The notes: a model not told the origin generated them from the letters alone. A stretch of 64,000 nt of DNA from Cyanophora paradoxa CCMP329 (GCA_004431415.1 QPMI01000008.1:1-64000); one strand, 5' to 3'; positions 1 to 13,725 are shown, counted from the stretch's first letter. Made by a program: numbers and translations.

Positions 1-40
1 AGCGAGTCGGTCGGGGCGGCTATATCTAGTGTGTGCGAGG

Positions 41-3000
41 CTAAGAGTAGAGCAGGGAAGTTTCTCGAGGACTAGGTATGGTGAAGTAGTAGGTAGGTGG
101 TGTCGAGAGTCTCCTCCCGACGTAGCCCCCCCCCCCCCCCCCCCCCCCCTTTCGCGCGACTCGGGTACCGTTTAGAGCGGCTAGGATGTGGCTCCCAAGG
201 GCGTACCTTGACGCAATCGTAGAGCTCTTGGCGCGGAGCGCCGCCTTCCAGCCCGCGTACTCCGGTGGGCAGTCTGCGTTCCGAGCGGCGTTGAGTAGAT
301 TGTGAAGGCGAATCGGCCCGTCGCAGGCGGCGCAGACTTCCTTACAGGTCCGGGGCCGCGGGCCCGCTCTCGGGCGCGGGCGCCCGTGCGGGGCGGGCGC
401 GGTCGCTTCTTGAGGCCTGGGAGACGCGGCAGTCGCGTTCCCACTCCGCGTTGATTTCGCAGCGACGTGACCAGAGGCGTCGGCCCGCTCCAGAAGCGTC
501 TGCCGAACGCGTTTAGCTGCGCGTGCCGCGTACCGGGGTGCAAGGTTCAGGCAGCGTGCGAGGGCGCTTTCTAGACTCTGCGGAGCAAGGCCCTGGAGCA
601 CCAGAGGCGCGGGTACGCGTACGGCCTACCATCGTAGCTGCGCGCCTCGGCGTCGTCGTCCGCGACGCGGAGGAAGATTGGACCAGGTCGGGGGCAAGGA
701 GGGCTCCGCTGGCGGCGCTGTGAGTCCGTGGGCCTCTCTGTAATGCGCAGAGCAGAAGTCGGTTCAGTTCGCGAGCAGTCTCCGCGCGGTGCGCGACCGC
801 ATGCGGACCCGGCACAGGAAGACGTGCGGAAAGTTTCAGTCGGGCCTGCGGTAAGAGCCGTCGGTGCCCGGTTCGGGCGGCTGGGCCCGCTGCTGGTTGG
901 GCATGCGAGGCCTCTGGTGCAGTCTGGCTGTTCTGTGAGGCTGTCGGGCCGCTAGTCTCTGCACGAGGAAAGGCGTTCTGGTGGCGCAGCCCGCACAGCG
1001 TCCCCCAGGGTTGCAGGCGGCGTAGAGTTCCTTCTGGTCACGTACCCGACTTCGTTCGCTGGTAGCGAGCTACAGAGCAGCTGCGTCCGAAACTTGAATA
1101 GCGCGTTGCGGGCTCCATTGGCGCCTTGGAATCGGGAGCCTACGCTCGTTTCCGCATATAGCCCTGCTATGTCTGCGCCGTCGGCGCCTCGGCGCAGGAG
1201 CGCGCCAGCCAGCGGTGTTGGGTCCAGGCAAAGTGCGTCTGGTGCTCGTGAAGTGCGTCCATGTGTGCCTTGGGGTCCCCTTCCACCGTCGTGTCGCCCG
1301 TCGGGGTCGCTGATGGTGAGCACCGCAGGCATGCTGAAGGCCGGCGGCAGAAAGAGGTTCATGCCGTTTTCGTCCGCCAGATCCAGGTCGGCCGCCACGT
1401 TCGCTCCGGCGTCCGCGATGTCGTTGTGGGGTCGCGGGCGTCGCCTTCGCGTGCGCTTTGACTTTGACGAGTTTGAGCGGCCGCCCGCGCTCCTCTAGCA
1501 TTGTCCTGAGCTTGCTCCATGCGTACAGTTCCGCGAGCAGGCGTGCCGGATGTATCCCGCGGGCTGCGGCAGCTCGCGTGCTGGACGAAATCGGAATACC
1601 AGCGGATCGCGTTCATGTTGTCGACGTGTAGAACCGCTCCGAAAGGCGAGAGCAGTCAGCCATGAGCACCGCCTGGAGTTCCGCCTTGTTGATCTCCTGC
1701 AGCCCGGAGCCGGGCAAGAAAGTCCGTGAGGATACCCGGCGGGTGCAGCTTGCGCCAGTTCTGAGGTCGTTTCCGGCCAGTGTACTGCGTAGCCCGCGCG
1801 AGCGTTAACCGTCTGGCCCTCTTTCAGGCTCCCGTCCGTCCAGGCGTACGCTGGGCGTCGGCCACGTATGAGCCGCCGGACGCCGCCTCGCCTCCAGGTG
1901 CTCTTTGCGGTAGCGGGCTTCGAGGCCCTTCCAGGTCTCCAGGTATGCAACCCAACTGTACGGATCGGCCTGATAGTAATATAGCTCGCGCGCCTCCTTG
2001 TTGGAGCTGACCGGGGGCGCTTCATCTTGCGCAGGGGGGGCAAGTCGGCGGGTTCGCCTCGAGCGTGGCGAGGTGAGCGGCGTCGGCTCGAGAGGAGGTG
2101 CCAGTTGACCCTCTCATCGCCCTCCTGCTTTGCCTGCAGCAGCATCCGCCATCGTGCGCAGTGATGGTCGCGGCCGCCTGCCTGAAGGGCTTGAAGTATT
2201 CAAGACGGGCTGGCGCAGGACCTGGCGACTGGCGCGCCCCGAGCGCGTCTGTACCTGCCCTCGCATTCGTCCACGGGGGCGCCGACACTTCTACTAGCTC
2301 CACCGTGCCGGGATCGTGCAGAGTGCGGACGCGTGCTCTACCCATTCCCACCGCCGTCCCGTACTTGCCCTCGTCATCGCAGGTGCTAGTCGCCCGGCAG
2401 GCCGCGCGGCGCCTGAGGGCAGACGTGTTGTCGTGCCATGGCGGCGGCCTCTCCCGGTACGATATTAAAGCGGCGCGCAGCTGGGGCGGGCGGCCCTTCG
2501 CGGGGTCCGAGCTGACAGTGCCATCGCAGCGGCAGTAGGCTCCGTTGGCCTCGTCGTCGGCCTCTTCTGGACGGGACCCAGTGCTCCAGCCGGCACTCCG
2601 TCGCTACTAGCTGCCGGCCTCGCCTCAGCGGAGCGGACCCGGCCGATTTCCGGTACCGCATCCGTCTCGTGAATCGTTGCGAGGTCGTAGTAGCAGACGA
2701 AGTCTCCGGTTGGTGAATTAACTTCTTGCCCCCCGGAAGCTGTACCATGGCGAGGAAGGGTACCGGGCGGTTGCCGCATGGGTATCGGAGGGCGCCCGAA
2801 CCGCGCCCGTCGATCGTGAGGGCCTTGGCCACCGCTTCCACCAGGCGGGCGCTGCCCAAGGAGCGTGCCGCGGGGGCGCGGAGGTGCAGGTCTCGCCAGG
2901 TGCAGAGGCGTTCCCATCGCGCGCCGTGACGTCGGACATCCAGTAGAGCGTGCGCGTGGAGGGCGGGCGCAGCCGTGCTGAACACTTCCCGGGAATGTGT

Positions 3001-6000
3001 GAGGTAAGCACGAATTCCCGGCGCAGTTCCGCGGGTCGGGCCAAGTGGCTGCGGGGGGGTACGGCGTGAACAAGAAGCGGGCGTGGTTGGACTGGATCGG
3101 TAGAGCCGGCGCTGCAGGAGCGGCATCACTGCGGCGATCGCATTCGATCGAGCAAGCTGGCGTGACACTGGGCGTTCAGGAACTCGGTCGGCAGCAGCGG
3201 GACGCCTAGCTTGCGCTGGAGGTCCGGATGCGGTGCATCATCACCTGAGATAGCAGCTCTTCCGGCTCGCCACAGAGGCGGACGAGCAGATCCGTGATTT
3301 GGTTCTTGGCATCATGTGCGCTGTGCGCGGCAGGCTGTACGTGCCGTGGCTCCAGAGCGCGTAGTTGGAAGTCGATGCCGCCAGGCCCCATGGTGCTTAA
3401 CCACGCGCATCCAGATGGCATCTAGGCGATCGCACTGCCTCTCTGTGAGCGGCGTCACTTTGAGCCCGTAGGCGATCCGCGCCTGCACGACGGCCTCGAC
3501 AACGTAGCAGCCTCTTGCGCGGTCAGCTGCTTACGAGCTATGACCGCCACCGTCTCGCGAGCCTGCGTTTCCATCTGTCTGATCTGCTCTTCCACGACAG
3601 GTTCGCGGTCAGGTAGACGCGAGCAGCTTGAAATGCTCGCCGGTTTCAGCTTCTTGCCGACCGGGACGCGGGATTGCGAGCAGCGGGGTTCAGGCTCGGG
3701 TGAGACGTTGTTGTACGCAAACTCTGTTTTCCGCGCGTTGACGGCGATGTCGTGCAGGCGGAAGAATTCAGACGCCACGTCCGCGAGCATCTGGATCCTT
3801 CGGCCGATCCGCTCATCCACTGCGTGTCGTCCGCGTAGGCGCTCCCGGTCACCCGTGCGGGGCGAAGTCCGCGTCGTCTTCGCCATGCCCATGACGTACG
3901 CGACCCCGCGCCCCCTTTTCCTGCTCGAGCCTGTCCAATTCTTGTTGAGCGCAGAGCAAGGCATCGTAGAAGATGAGCCAGTGGAGCGGGGATTCGATGC
4001 CGCCCTGCGGGAGCCCACATTCGAGTTCAAACACGTCTGACAGTCCGTGGCCCGTGATAGCTCGCGCCCGGCGTCGTTCGAATATGTTGCGGTGCAGGTC
4101 GATGTACGTCTCGGGGCCCGATGCGTCGGAGGGAGAGCTCCATGCTGGCCCAGGAAACTGAATCGTACGCCCGTCTGATATCCTGTAGCAAGAGGTAGAT
4201 GGGCTTGCGTGCTCCTTAGCGTCCTCTAGAATAGCGACCATTAGGTGAAGGGCATCATCGGTCGCCTTAGCCTTCTGAAGCCATAATTTACCCCCTTAAG
4301 GATTCCGTGCTTCTCGATGGCCTCGGCTAGCCGTTTCGTGACGAGGCCCGTCGTTAGCTTGAGGCCAACTTCCTGCAGCGTGATCGGGCGGAGGTTCCCT
4401 TCAATGTCTCCGTCCCAGCTCCCGTTCTTGGGATCCGAAGATATTGCTCTCACACATCTCGGCGGGCAGGTCGCGCAGGCGGAGGGCCTCGCAGACGATG
4501 GCCATCAGGAGCCGACGACCGCGGGGGGGTACGCCTCTGGATCCATGGCGTCCGGCAGGTCGGGGTTCCAGAGCGTCTTCAGGATCGCGTTCGTGCAGTT
4601 GGAGGGCCCTCCGCTCCATCCGTGAGCGAGCGCACGTGTGCCCCTAGCTCTTCGTACGTAGGCTCAGCCATGACTCCGCGAAGGCTTCCGCGGTCGCCAC
4701 GTGCGTCCCGAGGGGCGGTAGAGCGCGCGCCAGAAGTCGGGGGCAGGAAGGCTAGCTGGGAGTCGGTATTAAGTCCGCTGTGCACCCTACCAGGGGGTTT
4801 CTCTTCGCACACCACTGACGCAGTGCTCCGCCATCACTGCCTTCACCTCCTCGGGGCCGTGTAAATTTCATAGAAGTTGCCTTCGCGCGCGAGGCGGGTG
4901 ACGTGCATGATCGGCTCCCCCTGGACCGCTCCAGAATGGAGTCTAGATAGCTGCGCAGCTTGCGCGGGTCTGCAAACCGGGCCTGGCGCGCAGTAACGAA
5001 TTCCTGGATCTGTCGCTGCTTCTCTGCGCGCGTCTCGTGTTGGTGGCGCCGGTGGACGCGGTTGCGCCATGCGTTCAGCGACCGGAAGTACAGCCGCCAC
5101 GCTACGTAGCGCCCCGGGAACGGCGCCTCGTCGTCAGCGTCGCGTACGGGGCGGCGGGGCATGGGTTCGGGTCCGGGGACGAGCCCTTTGATGAGAGCCT
5201 CCAGTTTCTCGATCCGGGCGACCAGCGGGGCCGACGGCAAGCCTCCGGGCGCTTCAACAGTCCATCCAGCGATCAGGCGCTCCACTTTCTTGGACATGAC
5301 CAGCTGCCACGGCACCGCTCTGCGAGTGGGCGGGCGCGATCCGCGGGCTTTCAAGCATTTGTGTTCCTTAGCGAGTGTCAGCACCGCCTCCGTGGCCTGT
5401 CGGTAGAGAGAGCTGACCCGGTCCCTGCGCTCTTGTTCCGTGCCCGCCGCGCTTAGCGCTTTCTCAAGATCGCTTTCCAGGGCTTGCAGACGGTCTTCTA
5501 CAGCCTTTCGGAAGGCCGGCAGCTTCTCCTTCTCAAGTAGGTGCGGTGCGAAGAGCGGCGGCGGGTGCGCCGGGCGGCATCGCCGCGGCGGTCTGGCGAG
5601 TTCGGCTTTGAGCAGATCGTAGTCGGCCATGACCGGGAAGTGGTCAGAGGGTGCGGTAGCGCCACCTCTGGCGGCAGCGGGTGCACCGCCAGGAGCGCTG
5701 GCGCGAGACCTGCAGAGTGCAACACCGCATCGATACGTCCTGCCGAGATGACCGCGGCGCCTTCGGCGACGGCGGCCCGTCCATTTGCTGGTCCTGTTCC
5801 GAGTCCGAGTCGTCGGCGCCGTCGTCCCCGCCATCCTCTTCGGCGCCGTGCTGGCTCGGGCCGCGCCTGATGAAGGTAACTTCGTGTTCGTGCCTTTCTG
5901 TGTCGCCGCGTCAACTAGTGCCCAGGTGCCGGTCAGTTTTCCCCACCACTCGCGTTCCGGCGTCCAGGACTGGACGAACCGTCCCGCGCGGATGCGGGAC

Positions 6001-6510
6001 GTGGCCGCGTCTTCACGGAGTTCCAGTCGCCGAGAAGGATGAGGTGCGCGGTCGAGCGCGATCGGAAGTCCGCGTAGATGCGCTCGATGCATTCGAGGAG
6101 CGCCGCCTGATCGGTCTTGTGCTCAGGCTTCCGCTGGGTGGCCGGCATGTATACGCTCACTACGAAGAGCTGGCGGTTTCCCTTAAAGCGCATTTCACAG
6201 CCGGCAAGCCGGCCCGGGTAGTGATAGTGGCGCGCGATGTGCCGCGCCCAGGGCGCCGCCACCATAGCGCCGCTCCGTTTCCTTTCGGTTTTGTTTTCTT
6301 AATTGAGTGGATTAGGCGACCCCGCGTGATCGAGCTCTTGGGGGCTCGCCGGGCTCCGCTGCCGGGGTGAAGAGCGCCGAGTGCAGTTCGGCGCGCGTGA
6401 CTGAGAGCTCTTGGAGAGCCATCACGTCGACCCCCATTTCACGGCGAAGTCTTCGGCCTGCTGAAGCCGGCCCTCGGACGTGCCCCGCACGTTAAAGGTC
6501 ATCATCCTGA
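41..6510 (-). pseudogene. LINE pol ORF (APE-RT-RNH-zinc knuckle) broken by many 1-bp frameshifts
   Basis: Domain motifs are spread over several short ORFs (5933-6265, 4752-6092, 4241-4453, 3849-4241, 3646-4020, 1495-2145, 1070-1501). Boundaries approximate. Confidence 0.8.
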
Positions 6511-7343
6511 GATTCCCTCCGGCTTGTGGCGCATGAGCGATGGGGCGGGCCTATGAGGGGGCTCCCTGAGGCGTAATGGGTGGTTGGGAAAAGGTCGCCA
6601 AACGAGATATGCCCCGGAGCGTTAGTGTTGACGTCTACAGCGGCAGACACGTTAGGGGGGTCGGACAGCGTCTAGGGTTGGAGGATGTCTGTGCTCGGCG
6701 GGACGCGCGCAGCGGTCCGACTGATCAGCTAGTTGGTCACATCTGGCTGCCCAGAGATGCGCGTGCACGTGGTTCCAGGCGTGCGTGTGCCTAGCCGCCC
6801 GGACCCGTCGCCTGTGCGCCGCATCGTCCAAGTCTCAAAAGTCTGCGTTCGGGAAGCCGTCAAATTACAGCTGACACGTACAGTAGCGGCCTCGCAGGAA
6901 AGGGGCGCTAAATGCGCGTCTGGGCGGGAAATGGGCGATGCGGCTTGCCCAGCCTCAGCGACTTGGCGCTTGGGGAGGAGGAGGAGGCGGGTCTGAGAGC
7001 GGGTCGGTAGAGAGCGGGTCGGCAGCGGGTGTATGGCGAGGCGTGGCCAGGGAGGCCAGACGTAGCTCGGCAAGGAGATTGATTCAAGAGGGCGGTCCAG
7101 GGTGTGCGTGAGACGCGGTAACTGCTTGCAGTTACATCACCCAGGGACTCCCGGGCGATGTTGCCGCGTTGGCGGGGCGGTTTGGAGAGAGTGGCCGGCA
7201 TACCTACGCAGACATCGCGGCGGACGCTACCTAGGCTGTCGCGGCCTCTACTCTCGCACTGGTGATCGCGCACGCAGCGCTACGCTGCGAGCTAGGCGGG
7301 TTGGCAGGCGCCTTCCTGTTTTTTTCCCACGGGGGGTCCTGTC
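41..7343 (-). mobile_element. Non-LTR retrotransposon (LINE) with APE endonuclease, reverse transcriptase and RNase H; frameshifted
   Basis: Minus-strand motifs in order: APE (MTFNVRG ~6490, DVMALQE, VSVYMP, ILLGDWN, SDHFPV ~5640); RT (NLRPITLQE, GLPQGGIESPLHWLIFYDALL, YADD ~3830); RNase H (AWTDGSL ~1840, LVKVKAH). The 5' end at ~7343 abuts the SAM-gene duplicate. The 3' end is uncertain. Confidence 0.88.
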
Positions 7344-7937
7344 GTAGCCAGGAGCTTGGCCGTACCCAGGCCCGGGGCCGTAGGCTGGGGGCGGGGTGGC
7401 GGAGATGTGGCCGCCGCGGAGGCGGCGATCTCGGCGAGGAGGCGGTGGCGGGCGCCAAAGTGCGGGACGCCCATCCGCTCGAGCTCGCCGTCGCCCAGGG
7501 CGAGGAGGGCGACGCCGTTCGTGTAGCGGAAGGCCCCGCGAACCTGCTCCCGCCTCAGGTTTCCGGAGGGTTCGGGTTTCTCCTCAGGCAGTGCTGAGCG
7601 GGGCGGCGCGGCGCACTCGGCGATCTGGCCGCGGGAGCGGACCCACGCGACGACGTCCTCCTCGCTCCAGGAGCGCACGTCGCCAGCCGGGGGGGCCGCG
7701 GGGCGCCGGCCCGGGCGCCTGCTGGGGCGCGCTGCGGGGCGGGCTCGCGTCGGGGAAGGGAAGCACGGGCGGGGTACACGGACTGGGAGCTGGAGCGGCC
7801 GAGGCGGCGGCGGGGCGGGGCGCGGGGCGGGGCGGCCTGCGGTGGCTGGTGAGGGCGCGGCCGCGGGGGCGGCGGCGGGCGCACCACGGGGCGGGGGCGT
7901 GGGCGGGGAGGGAGCGGAGGTAGGGCACGACGGCGGC
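7344..7937. repeat. Direct repeat nearly identical to 63393-64000
   Basis: gtagccaggagcttggccgtacccagg...gtagggcacgacggcggc occurs at both places and differs mainly in homopolymer lengths. Confidence 0.95.
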
Positions 7938-8096
7938 GCACTGGGCTCTACCACCAAACGGCGCGGCGGACGGGCTCGGGCCACGAGTCCACGACGGGGT
8001 TGCCGTGCACCCTCAGCTCCTGCAGGGCGGCGAGGCGGCCGATCTCGGTGGCAGCGCCGTCAGCCGGTTGCGAGCCATCCATAGCACCTCCAGGTT
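7344..8096 (-). pseudogene. Truncated LRR-SAM gene copy (duplicate of the gene at 62390-64000)
   Basis: NLEVLWMARNRLTALP(fs)EIGRLAALQELRVHGNP (LRR, ~8096-7990), then a Pro/Ala linker and SAM domain (DVRSWSEEDVVAWVRS...NGVALLALGDGELERMGVPHFGARHRLLAEI). Cut at the PGYG repeats by the LINE. Confidence 0.75.
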
Positions 8097-11000
8097 CGGC
8101 CCCCTTGTCAGCTTGGCGAGCATCGACAATATGCGCCTGCCCGCGCCAAATGCGCGCACCTTCGTTCTCTTGTACAGAAGACGACGTCAGAACTCTGGAC
8201 GTTCCCGATTACCGGTCAATCTTCGACCGTGCCCGTGCTGCCTGCAATGTCGCTCAATATCAGCGATTGTAGCCGAATGAGCGCGAACGATCGAGCCTAG
8301 CAGCTGAGAGAAGCTGCGGCTTCGCGCACCTTCTCCGACCGATACTGGGGTACGGTCGCACCTATCGCCTCGTGGTCGACGGCGGCTAATATCCAGCAGT
8401 TTGGAGGACGCAGAGAGCGCACGCCTGCTAGATCAAGACAGATCTATCTAGACAGCCTGTTTGCCCGCGATGGCGAGCGATCGATGGCGTAGGGCGAGCG
8501 CTGCCCATGGCCAGCCCGCGCTCGGGTATGCGTAGCTTACGCGCCTCCATGCCGCGGCCGACGCGCCTCCCGACTCAGAAATCGCGAAGGTAGACTCGCG
8601 CGAGAGATACTCGAGCGCCGGCCCGGGGCGGCCTTGGCTTGGCAGGCGGCGGCGGCGGCGGCGGCGGCGGAGGCGGTTTGCCAGCGCCGGGCGCTTTTCC
8701 TCGCCCAATGTGCATGGCCTGGCCTCCTCGCCTCGCCTCCTCCCCACGCCGGCCTCTTCCTTCCCGGGGCCCAGCCCATTGCAGTCGGGCTCCGCCGCCC
8801 GTCCGCCGGAGAATACCTCGCGATCGAGGGCCTCCCGCGCGCCCGGCGCCGGCCCGACTCCCTGTTCCGGAGCTCGCGGATCAGATTTGAGGTGAAAAGG
8901 CAGTGGAGAGCACTAGGCGTGCCCGCGGAAGCGGGCGGTGTCCCATCTAGCCGTCCCGGAGAGCGCGGCGCGCGCCGACACGGACTGTCGCTCGGGCGCC
9001 CTGCGCCGCCCGCCGGAGGCCCCGCCCGGCCGTCGCTCCGCCCGCCCCGCCTCCGCGGCCCGCCGTCTCGGCCGCTCCATCTTCCCGACAGCGAGAGCGC
9101 CGGCGAGGTGCGCGCCGTATCTATGCCGGGGTGCGCGGTACCCCCTTCCCTCAAAAGCGCCTGTTAAGCTCCTCCCCCTCCCCCCCCTCCTTCCCCCCCC
9201 CCCCCCACCTCCCCCCCTCACCCCCTATAGCTAGGGCCCGACCCCGCCGGCCGCGAGGTGCGCGCATTTATGCGCCCGGAGAACCGAAGCACCGAAGCAC
9301 GCCTAGCGCCTCTGCCACGCCCGGCCGCCCGAGGGCCGTACCCCGCCCCGCCCGCCCCGCCCCCTCAGCCCCTTGGCCCCGCCCCGCCGCTGACTCGGCC
9401 CGCCATCTCGGGTGGCCCTGTCCTCGGCCGTTCCTTCCTCTCCTCGGCCTCTGCCGTCCCGCTCCCGCCGGCGCCCTCCGCCCGCCTCCGGATCCAAGGC
9501 TGGGGCCTTGGTCCTCCAAGGCTGGGCCGGCTACTAGGCTGGGCCTGACGGGGCCAAGCGGCGGACAGGGGCCGAGTGGACGCCTCCCCAGTACCCGCGC
9601 CCCGCTCCCCGCCCCCGTCGCCCGCTCCGAGGCTCCGGAGTCCCTCCTCTCGTTTCCGGCCCGGTCCGGCCAGGCCCGCCCCGCCCCGCCCCGCCCCGCC
9701 CTTCAAGGCTCTTGCGCTTAGAGCTCCCCTGGGCCTCGTGAAAGGCGGCCGGCGCCGGCGCCGGCGCCGCGCCTCCCAGGCTCGGCCCGCCTTCGAATTC
9801 CCCTGCGGCGGGCCGGGGCCCCATGGGCCAGCTAGCTCGGTGAGCCGCGCCCCGCCTCCCCCTCCTCCTCTCGCAACGGCCGCGGCCCGCCCCGTCGACG
9901 TCACTCCAGACTAGAAAGCTCCAGACTAGCTCCCGGCCTGGCGGCCCTATAGCCCTATAGCCCTGTACCCCCGTACTACTGTATTCTCAGTCTACCTGTA
10001 CCCCTCAATATACCACCTTGCCAGCTATTAGGCCATCATGGCATCGATATCTAGCCTGACAACAGTAATAGCTGCACTACTAGGCCTAGGCTATAGCTAG
10101 GCCCTGACCCTCAGGGCCTGAGGCCTGCGCATGCCACTCCAAGTCCTGACCACATCATTGAGTCACAAGAATTCAGGATTCTAAAGTGATCATGAGGATA
10201 CATTATGACCTGTACGTATACAGACAGGCGTCAATAGTGTAACTACGCCGTGACGAGTGCTAGTACTGATCATCGGGTCATGAGCTACTAGGATTAGATC
10301 TCCCCCCGGCCCCGCCTCACTGAGTCAAGCTCTCCGCGGCTGGCCGACGGGGCCCCCGCCCCGGCCGCGGGCCTCCGAGGCTCGAGGACCTTGAAAACCT
10401 CTATGCTGCGCTCCAGCGGGAAGGGTGCTCAGCGGCTTATTAGACGCTCAAGATCAAGCTCACAGGCTCACTGAGTCAGGAAACTATTAGTATAAGCTAC
10501 TAAAACCAATTGTCACAGTGTTTCATGATCAGGCGCTCAGGGTCCGCCTTCGGGGGCGGGCGCCGGCGCCCCCTCTGCCGCAGCCGCTGAGCCGCCGCCT
10601 CAGCCCCGAGGACCTCGACGCTGCGCTCAGTGACGTACGAGCTTTAGGTCCCTTCTCGAGGCAAATCGCCACCTGACTAACAACTATAACTAATTTCTAA
10701 TTGATTCATGATTAAGCGTTCAGGGTCCGCTCCCGGGCCCGGGGGCGGGAGCCCCCTCCTCGGCCCGAGGACCTCGACGCTGTGCTCGAGGGGAAGCCGG
10801 CCCGTCGACCCGCGCCCGCACCGCCAGCTGCAGGAGCGCGGGGCGCACCCCGGGTCCCGCAGCGCCGCCGCGCGCGCCGCGACCGAGGCCGAGGCCGCCT
10901 CGTAGGCCGCGCGCCCCTGCGGGAACCGCCATCCTCCCCCTCCTCCTCCCCCTCCCCCTCATCGTCCGAGGAGGAGGAGCTTGAGGGCCCGAGGGGGCAG

Positions 11001-11429
11001 CGGGCGACGCGGCGGAGGCCCGAGGGGTCCCGAGGAGGCCCGCGAGCGCCGCCGGCCGCAGGAGGGCCCTCAGCGGCGGCGGGTGCGGCGCCCCATCGCC
11101 GCCCGAAGGATCGCTATCGCTCAGCAGCGCCTGCGCGGGCGCAGAGTCGGCGCGGAGGGTGGGGTGGGGGCGGGAGTTTCGGAGCTCATTTTTTGGACTC
11201 TCGAGTTCAGGGGGAGGAGGGAGGAGACCGGGGGAGAAACTAGGCTCTAGTTCTGAGCTCAAAGCTTATGTTTGTTTTAGAGCTGTGAGCTCGAAAAGCG
11301 CGCACGAAGGCGGGCGGAACTCCCACCGAACCGCCTCCTCGGCGCTGAGGGGCGGGGGCACGCCCCGCAGCCGTAGATCCCCTGCGACCGAAGTCACCGA
11401 GTCAGCGGTGGTTGGAGGGGATAAGGCGT

Positions 11430-13725
11430 AGAGAAGTAGCCTAAGGGGCTGAGGTGTGTGCGTACCTCGGGGCAGGGCTCGACGGCGCGGCCGCAGCGGG
11501 GGCAGGCCGCGCGGACGGCCCGGTACGCCGCCGGTACCCCTCATCGTCCACGCCGAAGCCTGCGCGGGAGGGGGGGGGGGGGGGGGGGGATCAAGAAGGG
11601 GTCCGGCGTTCAGGGAGGGGAACGCGCGCACCGTCGCCGGTCCAGGGTACGTCGTCAGGCAGGCGGAGAAAGGAAACCAGGGCGGGTACGCGGACGAGGC
11701 CGGACGGGGGCAGCGCGGCAAGGGAGGGGTACTCGACGAAGGGAGGGGGCCGAAGGCGGCGACGAGGCGGGCGGCGGCGGGGTCGGCGGGCGAGAGGGGC
11801 GCCGCGGCAGTCCGGGGGGTACAATGCAGGTGCGGCCGCCCCGCCGGGAGGTGAGGGTCCCTGCGCTTTCCCTCGGCGGGGGGCAGGGGAGGGGAGGGGA
11901 GGAAGCGGGCGGGCAGTACGCGCGCTCGGCACTGGAGGTACTGGAGCTCGACGAGGGTACCCGGGCACAGGAGGGGGAGAAGCCGAGCCACGCCCTCCTC
12001 CCACCTGCGCGCCGTCCGATGAGCATAGAGGGGGGGACACGGGAAGCGGGGGGAGGCAGGTGGAGGGGGGGCGGGGGGTACAGGTGGAGGCAGACGGGCC
12101 GGTCGGGGGTATCGGCGACGACCACAGTCACGCGGAGCCGCCTGCGGCGGCCGCTCTGGCCGGATGCCGGCGGAGGGGCCTGCGGCAGGCGCGGCGCGGC
12201 TGCGCAGGTCACCGGAGGGAAGGGCGAGGGGAGGGAAGGGACGGGGTACCGAGGACGCGGACGCGGACGTGGAGGAGGGTATCGGGCTGGAGGGCGGCCA
12301 GGGAGGGGGCGAAGTCGACGGGCCGCGGGGCGGCGGGCGGGGCGCGGGGGCCGGCGGCGGGCCGCAGGAGGGGCGCGTGGTGCTCGGCGGCCCACGTTGC
12401 AAGCCCGTCGACAACCTGCGAACGAAGTCAAGCCGGGAGGGCGCCCGGACATTCGACGACAACGAGCCTCGGGGTCAGGCGGCGGGTGCAGCGGCCGGCC
12501 GTACGGCTCCGGGGCTCGCTCGGGGCCCGTCCGCAGCCTCCGGAGGACCCTCGCGTCCGAGGCCCGACCTGCGGCCCGCGCTCGCCACGCGCTGAGGGGG
12601 TACACGGCACGAGCACGCGCCCACGTTGCCTGTGACCTGAGGGCGCGGGTCATGTGAGATCCGCCAGGCGCGGCGCCCCCGCCCCCCGCACCTGGCCCTG
12701 CCACTCCTTCAGAGCCACGCTGAAGACCTGGAGCACGTCGCCGGGCCACAGGCGCTGCGCCCAGGCCGCTCCCGCCCGCCAGAACGTCAGCTGCGGCGGC
12801 GCGGCGTCAGCGTGGCGCGCGCGGGGGGAACGGTCTCCCGGGGAACGGACGCGGAGGCGTTCGCCGGACCGGTCCGCGACGATGACGTTGGACGTGGAGA
12901 CGTGCTCCGAGCCGCAGAGGACCGCTTGCTCGGGAAGATCTGAGAGGAGCGTTCGCCCGGCGGACGGGCGGACGGGCGGGCGGTGGCGCGGGCGGCGGGC
13001 GGGAGCGCGGGTGGGGCGCGGGGCGTGCCTGCATGACCACACCGAGGACCGCGGCTTGCTCTCCCGCCCGCAGGTCCGCGAGCGTACGAGGCCGCTTCGC
13101 CGCCGGCGGCGTCGCCCCGCGGGCCCCACCGGCCGCTTCGCCCCGGCGGCGGCGCCGGGGCGCCGGGGGCGGAAGCGGGCCGGCCGGCGGGCCGAGCGGC
13201 TCCTCTCCGGCGTGGTGACGGTGCACGGCACGGCGGCGCGGGCCGCCGGGAGGCTGCAGCTGGACGCGCGGGCGGGCGGAGGCGCGGAGAGAGGCTCCGG
13301 CTCCGGCGGCGGGCCGGGCGGCGGCTCCGCCGGTGGCTCTGGTGCTGCTGCAGCAGCAGCGGCCGCTGCGGCGATGTCGTACTCCTCCAAAAGGCGGAGC
13401 GAGAGCTCCTGCAAGGCCTCGTACTCCTCCGCGTCGCTGTCGCGCGGCGGCGCCGCCTCCTGCTCCGCCGCACGGGCGGCGGCGGGCGACCGCGCCGGCG
13501 ACGGCAGCCGCCGCGCCGGCGAACTCTCTCGCGCAGGCGACGCCGGCAGCGAGCCGCCCGCTGCATCCGCTGGGCCGACGCCGGGCCGCGCGTGGGTTCC
13601 AGGATCGAGCGCTTTCGCGTCTCCCGCCTCGACCCCAGGATCGCCGGGGTGCTCGTCGTCGGGGAGAGACGGGTCCAGCTCCAGTTCGAGCTCGCCTGCG
13701 CCGCCCTGGTCGCCCTCGTCGGCTG
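11430..13725 (-). pseudogene. OB-fold ssDNA-binding protein (SHLD2/RPA-like), copy 1 lacking the start codon; multi-exon
   Basis: RTLADLRAGEQAAVLGVVMQ...SNVIVADRSGERL...LTFWRAGAAWAQRLWPGDVLQVFSVALKEWQGQV. Identity to copy 2 stops at 13725, just short of the ATG. 3' limit approximate. Confidence 0.55.

Noticed and set aside
8400-11400. Long Pro/Arg/Gly/Ala-rich ORFs
   Set aside because: Expected by chance in very GC-rich DNA. They overlap on both strands and show no motifs.
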